NCBI GenBank assembly: GCA_963842755.1
Contig: CAWJIC010000008.1
Span: 240-64,239 of the forward strand
DNA: 64,000 nucleotides
DNA from: an uncultured Chloroflexia bacterium
Lineage (GTDB): Bacteria > Chloroflexota > Limnocylindria > Limnocylindrales > CSP1-4
Reading direction: 5' to 3'
Under the pieces are notes generated by a model. The model had not been told where the DNA came from. It worked only from the letters and a program-made list of their open reading frames with translations, and searched no databases. A program made the position numbers and the translations under genes. Shown piece after piece: positions 17,975-27,070 of the stretch (position 1 is its first letter; every line of letters starts with the position of its first letter).

Positions 17975-20528
17975 ATGCCCCGAACGACGATCGCCAATAC
18001 CGCCGCGGCACTGCTGGCCGAGCATCGCGCCCTCGCCCCGGAGGAACTCGGCCGGCTGATCGCCGCGCGAGGACTAACCCGCTCGAAGCAGCCCGCCCGG
18101 GCGGTCTCACGCGCGCTGGATGTCGATCGGCGATTCCGCCGGCTCAGCGACGGGCGGTGGGCGGTCCCCGGGCAGCTGCTGCGCGGAGTGACGCTTACCC
18201 ACCGCCTCACCGCGGGAGAAGCGACGGCCGAGGTCCTCGCCCTGACCCCGGACCTCGCCCCGCTCGTCGCGCTCGCGCCCGACGGCCTGCTGCTCGCCGA
18301 CGGACGGCCGCTCACGGTCCTGTGGGACGAGGACGCCCTCGGTGCCAGCGGCACCGACACCGACGTTGCGATCCAGGGGCCACCTGGCTGGCTGGCTGGC
18401 AGCTCGTCGGGACACCTCGTGCACGTGCGACTGACCGGCGCGCTCCTCCGTGTGGGACCCGTCCCCGAGCCGCGGGCCGAGTCCAGGCTCGCCGTCCGCC
18501 GGCTCGTCGAGGCGGCCCGGATGCGTCTCTCCGAGCAGAAGGCAGCGGACTTCCTGCTCCTGCCCCCGGCGGTCTCCCTCGACACGCTCATCCTCGATCT
18601 CCTGGCGGACGATCCCGGCCTGCTCGAGCATCCGCTGCCGCCGCTCGGCGAGGCGTTCGCAGCCGCCGGTCTCGAGGTGCACCGGAGCTTCGTGGGCCTG
18701 CCGGGAACCGACTGGGAGGGTGTCGACGAGTTCATGTCGTTCGACGGAGCCGACCTGGACGCGTCCGACGACGCCGAGGACGCCGACGACGAACGATTTG
18801 GGCGCGAGCTCAATCAGCAGATGGTCGAGGCATTCGATCTGCAGCCGGGGGAGGCCGAGGGACTCGGGATCGTGCTCGCGGCGTATGACCTCAGCCAGCG
18901 GCTCGGCGGCCTCGACAGCACCGAAACCAACGCCCGCCTCGCCCAGATGCTCGCCTGGCCCGGGATCGCCCGCGTCCTCGCCCTCAAGGCCTGGTCCGAT
19001 CCGGCCTTCGAGCCCTTCGTGGCCGCCATCGCGGCAGCCGCCATCGGCCACGATGCGGCAGGCCCGCGGTTCGTCCTCGGGGCGTGCGCGGAGGCCCGCG
19101 ACGACGTGGTTGCCGCGGAGCGCCTGTATCGGTCCGCGCTCGACGCCGAGGCGGACCACCAGCCTGCCCTCGTGGAGGTTGCCCGGTACGAGACCGACCG
19201 GGGCGACTACGCCGCGGCCGTCGGGCACCTGCGCGCGGCACGGGTCCCGGGCGACGACTCCGAACGTGCCTGGCTCGAAGGGCTCGTCCGGCCGGCGGTG
19301 CCGAAGGTCGGGCGGAACGAGCCATGCCCATGCGGTTCCGGTCGCAAGTACAAGGCGTGCCACCTGGCCGGACCCCGGGGAGATCGGATCCGTCGAGGCG
19401 GCGAAGGCGCTCCTGCACAAGCTGGACGCCTGGCTTTCGCAGCCGAACATGCAGCGCGCCGGTGATGAGCTGCTTCGGGAGATCGGAGCCCAGGTGCCGG
19501 CCAGCGTCGACGGCGCCGATCCGATGGTCGCTGACATCGTGCTGTTCGAGCGGGGCGGCCTGCGCCAGTTCCTCGACGTGCGCGGCGCCCTGCTGCCAGG
19601 GGCGGAGCGGGCGCTCGGGCGGACCTGGCTCCTGAGCCGTCGCTCGCTCCACGAGGTCCAGGCGGTGAGGCCGGGAACGAGCCTGACGCTCAGGGACCTG
19701 CGCTCCGACGGCAGCATCGTCGAGGTCGCCGACCGCTCGATCTCCGGGCAGGTCCAGCCGCTCGACCTGCTCTGCCTGCGGCTCCTGCCCGATGGCGCCG
19801 GCGGGGTCGTGGCATCGGATGGCGTCCTCGTGCCGCGGCTCCAGCGGCGACACATCCTCGACCTGTTGGACTCGGGGGACGGCCTCGACCTGCTGCACTG
19901 GATCGTGACGCCCGCTCCGTTGCCCCGGCTCAGCAACACCGAAGGCGAGCCCCTGCGGCTCATCACGGTGGCCTACCGCGTGGCCGATCCGGCCGCCGCG
20001 GCGGCCGCCCTCGGAGGGAAGCTCCGGGGCGAGGGGGACGGTCGGTTCGTCGAGATGGTCGTCCGGCATGGCCAGGAGTGGGTCCGCGGCTCGATCACGC
20101 TCGATGGCGACCGTGCGACGATCGACGCCAACTCGGGCAAGCGTGCGGCCAGGCTCGAGCGGACGCTCCTCCGGGCGGCTCCCGGCGCCCGGCTCATCCG
20201 GCGCGAAGAGCGGGGCATCGAGGAGGCATTCGACGAGGAACGCGCGAAGGGTCCCGCGGCGGAGCCGATCGACGTGGCCGCCCACCCCGAGCTGGCGCAG
20301 GCGATGGAGGAGTTCATCCGCAGGGCCGAGGTGAACTGGGTGGACGAGACGATCCCGGCCCTCGGCGGCCTCACACCACGCGAGGCCGCTGCCGACCGCG
20401 CCGCTCGCCCCGAGCTCGAGGCGCTCCTCGACGACATGGCCTGGCAGCAGCGCCGGGCCGGTGGCGGCGGGCTCATGGATCCCGCCCGGGTACGGGCTCT
20501 CCTTGGCATCCCGGAGCGGAGCCGCTGA
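17975..20528 (+). pseudogene. SEC-C-motif protein (~850 aa) split by one frameshift
   Basis: Frame A ends just after NEPCPCGSGRKYKACHLA. Frame B continues DPGEIGSVEAAKALLHKLDAWL.. through to GGLTPREAAADRAARPELEALLDDM. The switch lies within about 19361-19380 (CCCCGGGG run). Confidence 0.7.
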
Positions 20529-20606
20529 GGACCCTGGCCCAGCGTGGGCCTGTCGGCGGTGTCACCAGCGGTGTCGCCGGCGGTTGAGTCCACCGGCGAG
20601 CCGCGG

Positions 20607-20815
20607 TAGAATTGGCGTTGCCCAGATAGGGCAACAGACTCTTTCCGTTTTCGGACTGGGCATCTGATTCATTTCGGGATGGGCACCTGACTCACCCCGA
20701 TTCGACGGCCGACTGAGGCCCGCCGCCCGTTCAAAACCCGGCTCGCGAGCCCTGATTCTGGGCAACGGACTCTGGATCAGGAGATCGAAGGTTCGAATCC
20801 TTCCTCGCCAGCCAA
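20607..20815 (+). repeat. ~205-bp repeat unit, copy 1 (arm-like region plus tRNA-Gln 3' half)
   Basis: It aligns by eye at roughly 88-90% identity, with one 3-nt indel, to 26698-26902 in the same orientation. Confidence 0.9.
20770..20814 (+). other. tRNA-Gln(CUG) 3' half, anticodon loop to CCA (att-core-like fragment, not a complete tRNA)
   Basis: The geometry is canonical from the loop CTCTGGA (U33, CUG, G37) onwards: stem TCAGG, variable AGATC, T-arm GAAGG-TTCGAAT-CCTTC, acceptor CTCGCCA, discriminator G, CCA. The 5' side does not form an anticodon stem, D-arm or acceptor stem. Confidence 0.6.
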
Positions 20816-21096
20816 CACCACAAGATGTTGTGGTCCCAAGCGTCGAGTAGCCAACCGGTTGTGGTCCCCTCCCCTAACAGACGGTCCGATTATCTGCTCG
20901 TGCGCCATACACCCAATCAGGTGCCCATGATCTTCGTGTTGGGATCGTCGCGACGAGCACCTGACTCTTCCCGCAGATGGGCACCTGACTCCCGGGGTTG
21001 ATCCGCCTTGATATGGCTCTGGTCCGGCACGAACACGTGTTGATCGCGCGTAAACGGGTCGGTTGCAGGATCGACCTGGTAGAGTCAGATGCCCGG

Positions 21097-21125
21097 TTGA
21101 CTTCGCGTTGCGCTGGTGCTACATT
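21097..21125 (+). promoter_or_regulatory. Candidate promoter TTGACT-17 nt-TACATT upstream of the HTH/toxin pair
   Basis: Near-consensus hexamers with 17-nt spacing. An inverted copy of the 13-nt motif (21082-21094) abuts the -35. A GGAG sits 9 nt before the GTG at 21160. Confidence 0.5.
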
Positions 21126-21159
21126 GCCGTAGCATAAGCGCTACGGAGATTAATGACAC

Positions 21160-21582
21160 GTGCTCGACACCACCTATCACAAGCGACGGACCAACGAGCG
21201 TCTCGAGTCACCCGAATTCCGGGCCGAGTACGAGCGCACCCAGCGCGAGCTGAGACAGGTGAACGCGGTCATGCAGCAGCTGGACGATTTGCGGGTCGGA
21301 GCCGGACTGTCGAAGGCCGATCTGGCGCGCGAGATCGGCCGCAACGACGCAGTCGTCCGACGACTGTTCACGTCGCAGGTGAACCCGGAGCTTCGGACCA
21401 TCGCGGCACTCGCAGCGGCTCTCGACGCCGAGATCCGGATCGTCCGCGCCATCGCTCGCCGCGGCGCCATCGAGCACGACACACCGAGGCCTCGGGCGCC
21501 TGAGGCTGTGGGAGAATCCCATGCCCGACGGCTGGGATGTCATCTACTACCGTACAGCCGACAACCGTTGCCCCGGCGATGA
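21160..21582 (+). CDS. XRE-family HTH protein (antitoxin-like)
   Basis: The HTH region reads GAGLSKADLAREIGRNDAVVRRLFTSQVNPELRTIAALAAALDAEIRI. The gene overlaps the toxin-like gene downstream. Confidence 0.7.
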   Translation: MLDTTYHKRRTNERLESPEFRAEYERTQRELRQVNAVMQQLDDLRVGAGLSKADLAREIGRNDAVVRRLFTSQVNPELRTIAALAAALDAEIRIVRAIARRGAIEHDTPRPRAPEAVGESHARRLGCHLLPYSRQPLPRR

Positions 21583-21964
21583 GTTCCTCGACGGCTGTCC
21601 CCTGAAAGTGAGCGCCCAGCTGGTCGCGATCCTCGACGATGTCGCCGAGGCCCCACCACCGCGATATTCCGGGGGCGGCCGGTGGGAGGCGATGCACGGC
21701 ACGATGGGCGGATTCTACGAAGTCCGCGCGCAGGGTCCCGGACGTGAGCAGTTCCGACTCTTTTGCATCCTCGAGAACGGGACTCCCGCGGAGCTCGCGA
21801 GGCGTGGACTCGCGCGGCCAGCGGTCGCCGTCATCACCGGTCTGCGCAAGCCCTGGATGACGACGTTCGCCGAGGCCGACTATCGGTCGGTCCGTGAACT
21901 CGGCGACGAGCATCAGCCCAATTCCCGCGCAGGATCAAGGAGTAGACGCCGCCACCAGTGGTGA
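21521..21964 (+). CDS. RelE/ParE-superfamily toxin (HigB / Gp49-like)
   Basis: WDVIYYRTADNRCPGDEFLD..GGFYEVRAQGPGREQFRLFCILENG matches the Gp49/HigB-type pattern. A GGGAGA Shine-Dalgarno sequence is present. Confidence 0.7.
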   Translation: MPDGWDVIYYRTADNRCPGDEFLDGCPLKVSAQLVAILDDVAEAPPPRYSGGGRWEAMHGTMGGFYEVRAQGPGREQFRLFCILENGTPAELARRGLARPAVAVITGLRKPWMTTFAEADYRSVRELGDEHQPNSRAGSRSRRRHQW

Positions 21965-22347
21965 CACCAGTGGACGGTCGCGATGTTTGCTCCAGGCCCG
22001 CAGTGGATCGGCCGACCGCGTTGGGTCTCCTGACCACGTATTAGGCGCCTCAACCGCGCCGGCGGCATGACTCTCTAGCAACCCAGTCCCAGGTCACGAC
22101 CGAGCAGTTTCGGAGAAGCCGCCGCCGCGGCGGCTCCCTAGCATGAGGGTCGTCCCCATCAAGACTCGCAGAGGAGGAAACCTGCAAAGAAGGACACGCA
22201 GAAGTCCGCCAAGAGCACCACCGCGATCGACAAGACGTCCGAGGGATTCACGGACGAGGAACGAGCCGCGATGAAGGAGCGCGCCCAAGAGCTGAAGGCG
22301 GCGCGCGCCGCGGCCCGCGCACGGACAAGGCGGACGGGGAAAGCGCC

Positions 22348-22662
22348 GTGCTCGCGAAGATCGCCGAGATGCCGGAACCGGATCGCGCCATGGGCGAGCG
22401 GCTCCATGCGATCATCAAAGCCAGCGCGCCAGCCCTCTCGCCGAGACCCTGGTACGGGATGCCCGCGTATGCCAAGGACGGCAAGGTCGTCTGCTTCTTC
22501 CAAAGCGCGCAGAAGTTCAAGACGAGGTACGCGACGTTCGGCTTCAGCGACGAGGCGAACCTCGACGAAGGCGCCATGTGGCCGACCGCCTTCGCGCTGA
22601 AGGAGTTGACCGCCGCCGACGAGGCAAGGATCGGCGCGCTCGTGAAGAAAGCGGTGAGCTGA
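22348..22662 (+). CDS. DUF1801 (YdhG-like) protein; the N-terminal extension is in another frame, so probably frameshifted
   Basis: [55 protein letters not shown]. Upstream in a different frame reads [23 protein letters not shown], which normally precedes this domain. Confidence 0.6.
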   Translation: MLAKIAEMPEPDRAMGERLHAIIKASAPALSPRPWYGMPAYAKDGKVVCFFQSAQKFKTRYATFGFSDEANLDEGAMWPTAFALKELTAADEARIGALVKKAVS

Positions 22663-23037
22663 GGACTGAGCTCGCCACTGGGCCCCGCCCTAGGCGGGAC
22701 GGCCTGAGCGGTCCGGCCTGGCTTCTAGTACGACCAAATGGACGTCAAACCCACGACACGTAGTCATGGGAGCCGAGTCGCCCAAGCCTGATACTCGCCT
22801 AACTACGTATCAGGCGCGGGCGGGCGAGTGTTGGTGACCGCGTTTCCACCGCGATCAGGGCGGCGGCCTCGCGATCGGTATGGCGCGCCCGACTCCTGTC
22901 GGGCGCGCCACGAACATGCGTTCTATATCTGGCCTGGGTCGTTCGATTGTGCGTGCCAACGCGGCGAGGCCTTCGCCCGGCCAAATTCGAACGAACCGCC
23001 TGCCGGATTCGGGGATGCTCCGCCTATCGTCTCGGAT

Positions 23038-23445
23038 ATGTCGAACCTGGCCCTCAGCGCCGCCACTGCCCGGGTTCCCCAGGGGACCGTCCGGCTCGTG
23101 GCGGCGCTGACGGTCCTTTCCTGGTTCGGCATGATCATCCACGACCGGATCTCGCTCCCCGAGCTGAGCCTTCTGTCGCCGGACGTCGTCCTCCCGACGG
23201 TCGTGTCCGTCGCGCTCGTCGCCGCGTGGTGGGCCTGGCCCGGCCGGCTGTCCTTCGGCCTGTTGTTCGGCTGGACGATGCTCCACTTCGCGGTCGGCGG
23301 GATCCTCTCTGTCCTACCGTTGCCGTCCCTGCCGTTCGTCCCGGAGCAGACGATCGAGCATTACGTCGCTCACGCCCTGTACGCCGGATGTCAGTTGCCA
23401 CTGCTCTTCGTTCTCTTTCGCTATCGCCCATTGCGAGCCAGGTGA
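23038..23445 (+). CDS. Integral membrane protein, unknown family
   Basis: MSNLALSAATA.. followed by four hydrophobic segments. GC3 is high. Confidence 0.55.
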   Translation: MSNLALSAATARVPQGTVRLVAALTVLSWFGMIIHDRISLPELSLLSPDVVLPTVVSVALVAAWWAWPGRLSFGLLFGWTMLHFAVGGILSVLPLPSLPFVPEQTIEHYVAHALYAGCQLPLLFVLFRYRPLRAR

Positions 23446-23533
23446 GTTCCACGGAATCGAGGAGCGTGCCCGCGTTCTGTATCGGCCGGCCGGCGATCGC
23501 ATGAGCGACGTCAGGGTGACGTTCGATCAGTGG

Positions 23534-24197
23534 TCAAGCCAGAATTGGCGGACCAGCTTGGATGGTCGCGGCCGGGTTCTCAAAGGGCACGAGGTAGGCC
23601 GCGATCGCGGCCGGGTCCTGTGCACGGGTCTTTGGCGACAGTAGGGTGTCGACCACGCCCTTGCGGATGAAGCCGGCCGGGCCGAGCAAGCGATAGGCGA
23701 TGAGCAGGCCGATCGTACGAGTCCGCTCCACCAGACTTAATGACTGGACCGGGGTGCCCAGCGTCACAAGCGTTCTGCATCGCTCAGGCCATCGGGCTGC
23801 GAAGACGAGCCCGATGGCGCCTCCCCGGGCGTTGCCTACCCAGTCCACGGGCTCGCTGAGACCAACGCTGTCCAGCACCGATCCGGCAGCCTCGGCGCAG
23901 TCGTCGAGGGTGTAGCTCCGATCAGGGGCCCACTGGCCCCATGGCCCGGGCCGGTGATGATGACAAGGCGCCGCTGCGTTGCCAGGTCGTTCTCGACGCG
24001 CCCCCATGACCCTCGTCAACGAAGATGCTGTGCCATAGCACCGCGGGTGGGCCCTCCCCGAGCAGCCGCACGGCCAGCGGACCGAACTTCGTCTCTACGG
24101 TGCGTCGGGCATCCACGACGATGACCTCCTCGTTCCGAGATCGACGGACCGACGCCGGGGCACTCCGATCGGCTGGGCACGTAACCTCGGCGCTCAT
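23534..24197 (-). pseudogene. Alpha/beta-hydrolase-fold gene with two frameshifts
   Basis: Three frames concatenate to ..AVLWHSIFVDE / SWGRVENDLATQRRLVIITGPGHGASGP / DRSYTLDDCAEAAGSVLDSVGLSEPVDWVGNARGGAIGLVFAA... The nucleophile-elbow position reads GNARG (Ala instead of Ser). Confidence 0.65.
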
Positions 24198-24943
24198 GCC
24201 TTGAGGTCTCGCACCGGTGAAGCGAGTGACAGCGTGTCGACCATGGCGCCCGCCTCGTCTCGCCACATCAGGATCCCAAGTGCGAGGGCCCACAGGGTCA
24301 GCAGCAAGGACGAGGCGAAGAAGATGGTCTCGGCCGCCTGGACCTCTCCGCTGGCGGCGATCTGAAGCAGGGCGGCGACCGCAGATCCGGCAGCACCGAC
24401 GATGGCGATCCAGCCGAACCAGCCTGGGTAGTGCCGACCGGCGATGACGGCGCCGCCGAAGCAGGCGAAGGCCACCCCGAAGAACGCCAGCATGCCGATG
24501 CTCCAGATGCCGAAGTCGACCTCCTTGACCGCGACCGAGATACGCAGCGCAAGGGCCCCGTCCGTCCCGGTCGCACTGACCGATGCGTCCGACAGCGCCT
24601 TCATGACGAATCCGTCGATCGCACTGCTGACGGTGACGACGGCACCCCCCAACACGGCTGCCACGAGGCCCAACCGGGCCAGCGGCTCGCCGGGCGTGCC
24701 GGTCATCTCTTCGGCCAGGCCGACGAGGCCGCCGATGACCAAAAGGATGGCGATGATGATCGCCAGGTGGATGGCGACCCAGGCGCCGTTCCCGGCGATC
24801 GCCTGGACGGTCGCGGCACCAGCGAGATCGGCGGTGTGGGGATGCAGACCATTCCCGACCAGGCCGATGATGGCGCCGGAGATGAACAGCGCGCCGAACA
24901 GCCTGTGCCCGTGAAGCTGCTGGGATCGTAGGCGTGCGGACAT
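24194..24943 (-). CDS. Polytopic membrane protein (DUF4386-like; family call tentative)
   Basis: MSARLRSQQLHGHRLFGALFISGAIIGLVGNGLHPH.. followed by repeated hydrophobic helices. Confidence 0.6.
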   Translation of the reverse strand: MSARLRSQQLHGHRLFGALFISGAIIGLVGNGLHPHTADLAGAATVQAIAGNGAWVAIHLAIIIAILLVIGGLVGLAEEMTGTPGEPLARLGLVAAVLGGAVVTVSSAIDGFVMKALSDASVSATGTDGALALRISVAVKEVDFGIWSIGMLAFFGVAFACFGGAVIAGRHYPGWFGWIAIVGAAGSAVAALLQIAASGEVQAAETIFFASSLLLTLWALALGILMWRDEAGAMVDTLSLASPVRDLKA

Positions 24944-25084
24944 CCGGTCCTCCTCTAGCGCATCCGGTCGGCCCATTCCCGACATCGCGTCGACCGTAGT
25001 GGTCCGGGTCCGAATCCGGCAGGCGATTCGTTCGATTCGCGCGGTATGACGCGCCCGGCCTCTAGCCGCCGACGGTCGTAGGCC

Positions 25085-25702
25085 TCAGTGTCGAGTCATC
25101 GCTTCGTCGAAACGGGCCAATTCGACGCCGACCCTGGCGAGGTGCACGCGAAGCAGATCGATGGTGGTGGCACGAATGGACACCGGATCGGCAGCGAGAC
25201 CAGTCGTCGGGCCGGCGACGATGACGGCGAGGACTCGCCGCGCCAGCTCCCGGGCGTCCTGCGGCTCGAGCCCCGGGGCTGCTGCGGCGATGACGCGCCC
25301 GAAGATGGCCTCCCCCTGCCCGAAGAACCGGGCGAGCCCGGGTTGGTCCAGCGGGCGCCCCATCTGGCGCGCGAGGTCGATCGCCAGGAGATACGTGGGC
25401 AACACGTCGATCACGAGATCCACGCTCATGCGGAGTTGGACGAGCGGGTCGATGTCGGGATCGATACGCGTCGAGTCCCAATCGAGCGCGTCATCGTCGA
25501 TCAGGAAGGTGGCGAATGCCGCCTTGGACGGGAAGTAGTGATACAGGGCGGCCGGGCTCAGATGGCAGGCGTGGGCCAGCGCCTTGATCGTCGCGCCGCG
25601 ATAGCCATACGTGCGGAAGACGGGTGCGGCCAGGCGGAAGAGCTCGTGTCGGCGGCCCCGGATCCCGGTCTGGAGGGCCGGGTCGAACGGGAGCCACGTC
25701 AC
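25085..25702 (-). CDS. TetR-family transcriptional regulator
   Basis: The HTH region reads RRHELFRLAAPVFRTYGYRGATIKALAHACHLSPAALYHYFPSK. The GTG start at 25702 was chosen because the HTH must sit near the N-terminus. Confidence 0.8.
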   Translation of the reverse strand: MTWLPFDPALQTGIRGRRHELFRLAAPVFRTYGYRGATIKALAHACHLSPAALYHYFPSKAAFATFLIDDDALDWDSTRIDPDIDPLVQLRMSVDLVIDVLPTYLLAIDLARQMGRPLDQPGLARFFGQGEAIFGRVIAAAAPGLEPQDARELARRVLAVIVAGPTTGLAADPVSIRATTIDLLRVHLARVGVELARFDEAMTRH

Positions 25703-25824
25703 GATGCGGCGCTCGGGATCGCAGGCGCTGGCAAGGGTATACGGCCAAGCATCGGCCACAGTGTGCGCTGCGAGCCCACTTGCTCGCGGATACGCTGGCG
25801 AATGCTCGACCGGTGCGCTGCCTG

Positions 25825-26469
25825 ATGCCGCCGATCTGGTTCTACGACCTGATGTACCGCTGGCGCGCACCGTGGGAGATGGGGGCTCGTGCTGAGCTGA
25901 TTGCGCTCGTGCAGGCCGGCCGGCTCACGCCCGAACGGCTCGCTCCCGGACGCGCGGTCGACCTGGGCTGCGGGGCCGGAGCCAACGCCGTCTTCCTGGC
26001 CCAGGCTGGCTTCGACGTCGTCGGGGTCGACTTCTCTTCGGTCGCCCTCAGGAAGGCGCGACGCGCATCGATCGCCGCCAATGTGTCCGAGCGGGTCCAC
26101 CTCGTCCGCGGCGATCTGACAGCACCGGACCTGCCCGGTGTCGACGGCCCGTTCGACCTGCTCGTCGACTACGGCACGCTCGACGACCTTGCATCATCGG
26201 ATCGACGGAAGATGGCGGCGACGATCGTCCGACTGGCCCGTCCGGGCTCGATCTTCGTCATGTACGCCTTCTATGCGGCCCGGGCGGACCTGCCGCGGTT
26301 CAGCCTGACCGGGCCGTCCAGGGTCACTCTAGCGCTCGAGCCAGGCGAGGAGGTGGACCTGTTCGGCCGTGCCTTCGAGATCGAGCGGCTGCCCGAGCCT
26401 CGGCCCGACCAGCTGACCGCGGCCTTCGTCATGACGCGCCGGGACGACGGGGCAACCGAAACAGGCTGA
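25825..26469 (+). CDS. Class I SAM-dependent methyltransferase
   Basis: Motif I reads VDLGCGAGANAVFLAQAGFDVVGVDFS. The gene is divergent from the TetR gene. Confidence 0.8.
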   Translation: MPPIWFYDLMYRWRAPWEMGARAELIALVQAGRLTPERLAPGRAVDLGCGAGANAVFLAQAGFDVVGVDFSSVALRKARRASIAANVSERVHLVRGDLTAPDLPGVDGPFDLLVDYGTLDDLASSDRRKMAATIVRLARPGSIFVMYAFYAARADLPRFSLTGPSRVTLALEPGEEVDLFGRAFEIERLPEPRPDQLTAAFVMTRRDDGATETG

Positions 26470-26475
26470 CGCCAA

Positions 26476-26724
26476 TCAGGCGCTTTCCGCCGATTTCACG
26501 AGCCAGTCCTCCCGACCATGGACGGGAATCTGGATATACGTAGCATCCGCGCGGTTGAATCCAGTCGGGCGCGCGCCATCGACAGTCAGCGGTCGACCGC
26601 CCTTAGGCAGCGGTGGGACCGATACCGAATCCGGGAGCGCAAAGGCGAAGGCCCGGTGTGGAGTCTCGGCGATCGCGATGCATCGCTCGAGATGGTCTAG
26701 AATTGGCTCGACCAGATAGGGCAT
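26476..26724 (-). CDS. Hypothetical 82-aa protein
   Basis: Open frame only. Its first ~8 codons lie inside repeat copy 2. Confidence 0.3.
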   Translation of the reverse strand: MPYLVEPILDHLERCIAIAETPHRAFAFALPDSVSVPPLPKGGRPLTVDGARPTGFNRADATYIQIPVHGREDWLVKSAESA

Positions 26725-26902
26725 CAGACTCTTTCCGTTTTCGGAATGGGCTTCTGACTCATTTCGGGATGGGCATCTGACTCACCCCGATTCGGCGGTC
26801 GACTGAGGCCCGCCGCACGCTCAAAACCCGGCTCGCGAGGCCTGATTCGTTACGCACTCTGGATCAGGAGATCGAAGGTTCGAATCCTTCCTCGCCAGCC
26901 AA
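26698..26902 (+). repeat. ~205-bp repeat unit, copy 2 (arm-like region plus tRNA-Gln 3' half)
   Basis: Direct repeat of 20607-20815, offset 6087 bp at the tRNA-like core. Confidence 0.9.
26857..26901 (+). other. tRNA-Gln(CUG) 3' half (second copy)
   Basis: This 45-nt core is identical to 20770-20814. Upstream sequence does not complete a cloverleaf. Confidence 0.6.
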
Positions 26903-26914
26903 ACCCCTCTCGCG

Positions 26915-26988
26915 GTGCCTGACAGTCAGCTGGCAGAGCGTCACCTTCCCAAGGTGGGTGTTGCGGGTCGAGCCCGTCTCCCACGCCA
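26915..26988 (+). pseudogene. Degenerate tRNA-Gly(CCC)-like sequence
   Basis: The 74-nt layout fits a tRNA. The anticodon arm TCACC-TTCCCAA-GGTGG is good, and the sequence ends CTCCCAC-G-CCA. However, the T-loop is only 5 nt (GCGGG-TCGAG-CCCGT), with 3 acceptor-stem and 2 D-stem mismatches. Confidence 0.4.
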
Positions 26989-27070
26989 GTGAGTCAGGCC
27001 TCCAGCCGCCGTAGCCCGGGATGACCATCGGACGCTTGCGGCGTCGGCGCGTGCGGCTGAAACTCTGCCC

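Noticed and set aside
20740-20814. Calling the two units intact tRNA-Gln genes.
   Set aside because: With canonical numbering, the 5' anticodon-stem strand pairs at only 2-3 of 5 positions. No D-arm can be drawn. The best 5' acceptor candidate (TCGCGAG) gives a 69-nt molecule with a mismatch.
20607-20815. tmRNA (ssrA) hypothesis for the 205-nt unit. It has a tRNA-like T-arm/acceptor/CCA end, and an internal CCCCGATTCGACGG resembling the tmRNA 5' GGAUUCGACGG motif.
   Set aside because: The unit is too short and no tag reading frame ending in a hydrophobic tail plus stop is visible. The discriminator is G rather than A, and the implied first pair is U1:A72 with no G3:U70. The 5' end pairs with the acceptor strand for only 4-6 bp. 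Two diverged copies 6 kb apart fit att junctions better.
21160-21964. Treating the 62-nt overlap and the antitoxin-first order of the HTH/RelE-like pair as a sign of a frameshift.
   Set aside because: Both ORFs are uninterrupted, each has its own GGAG-type ribosome-binding site, and both gene orders occur among RelE/ParE-superfamily pairs.
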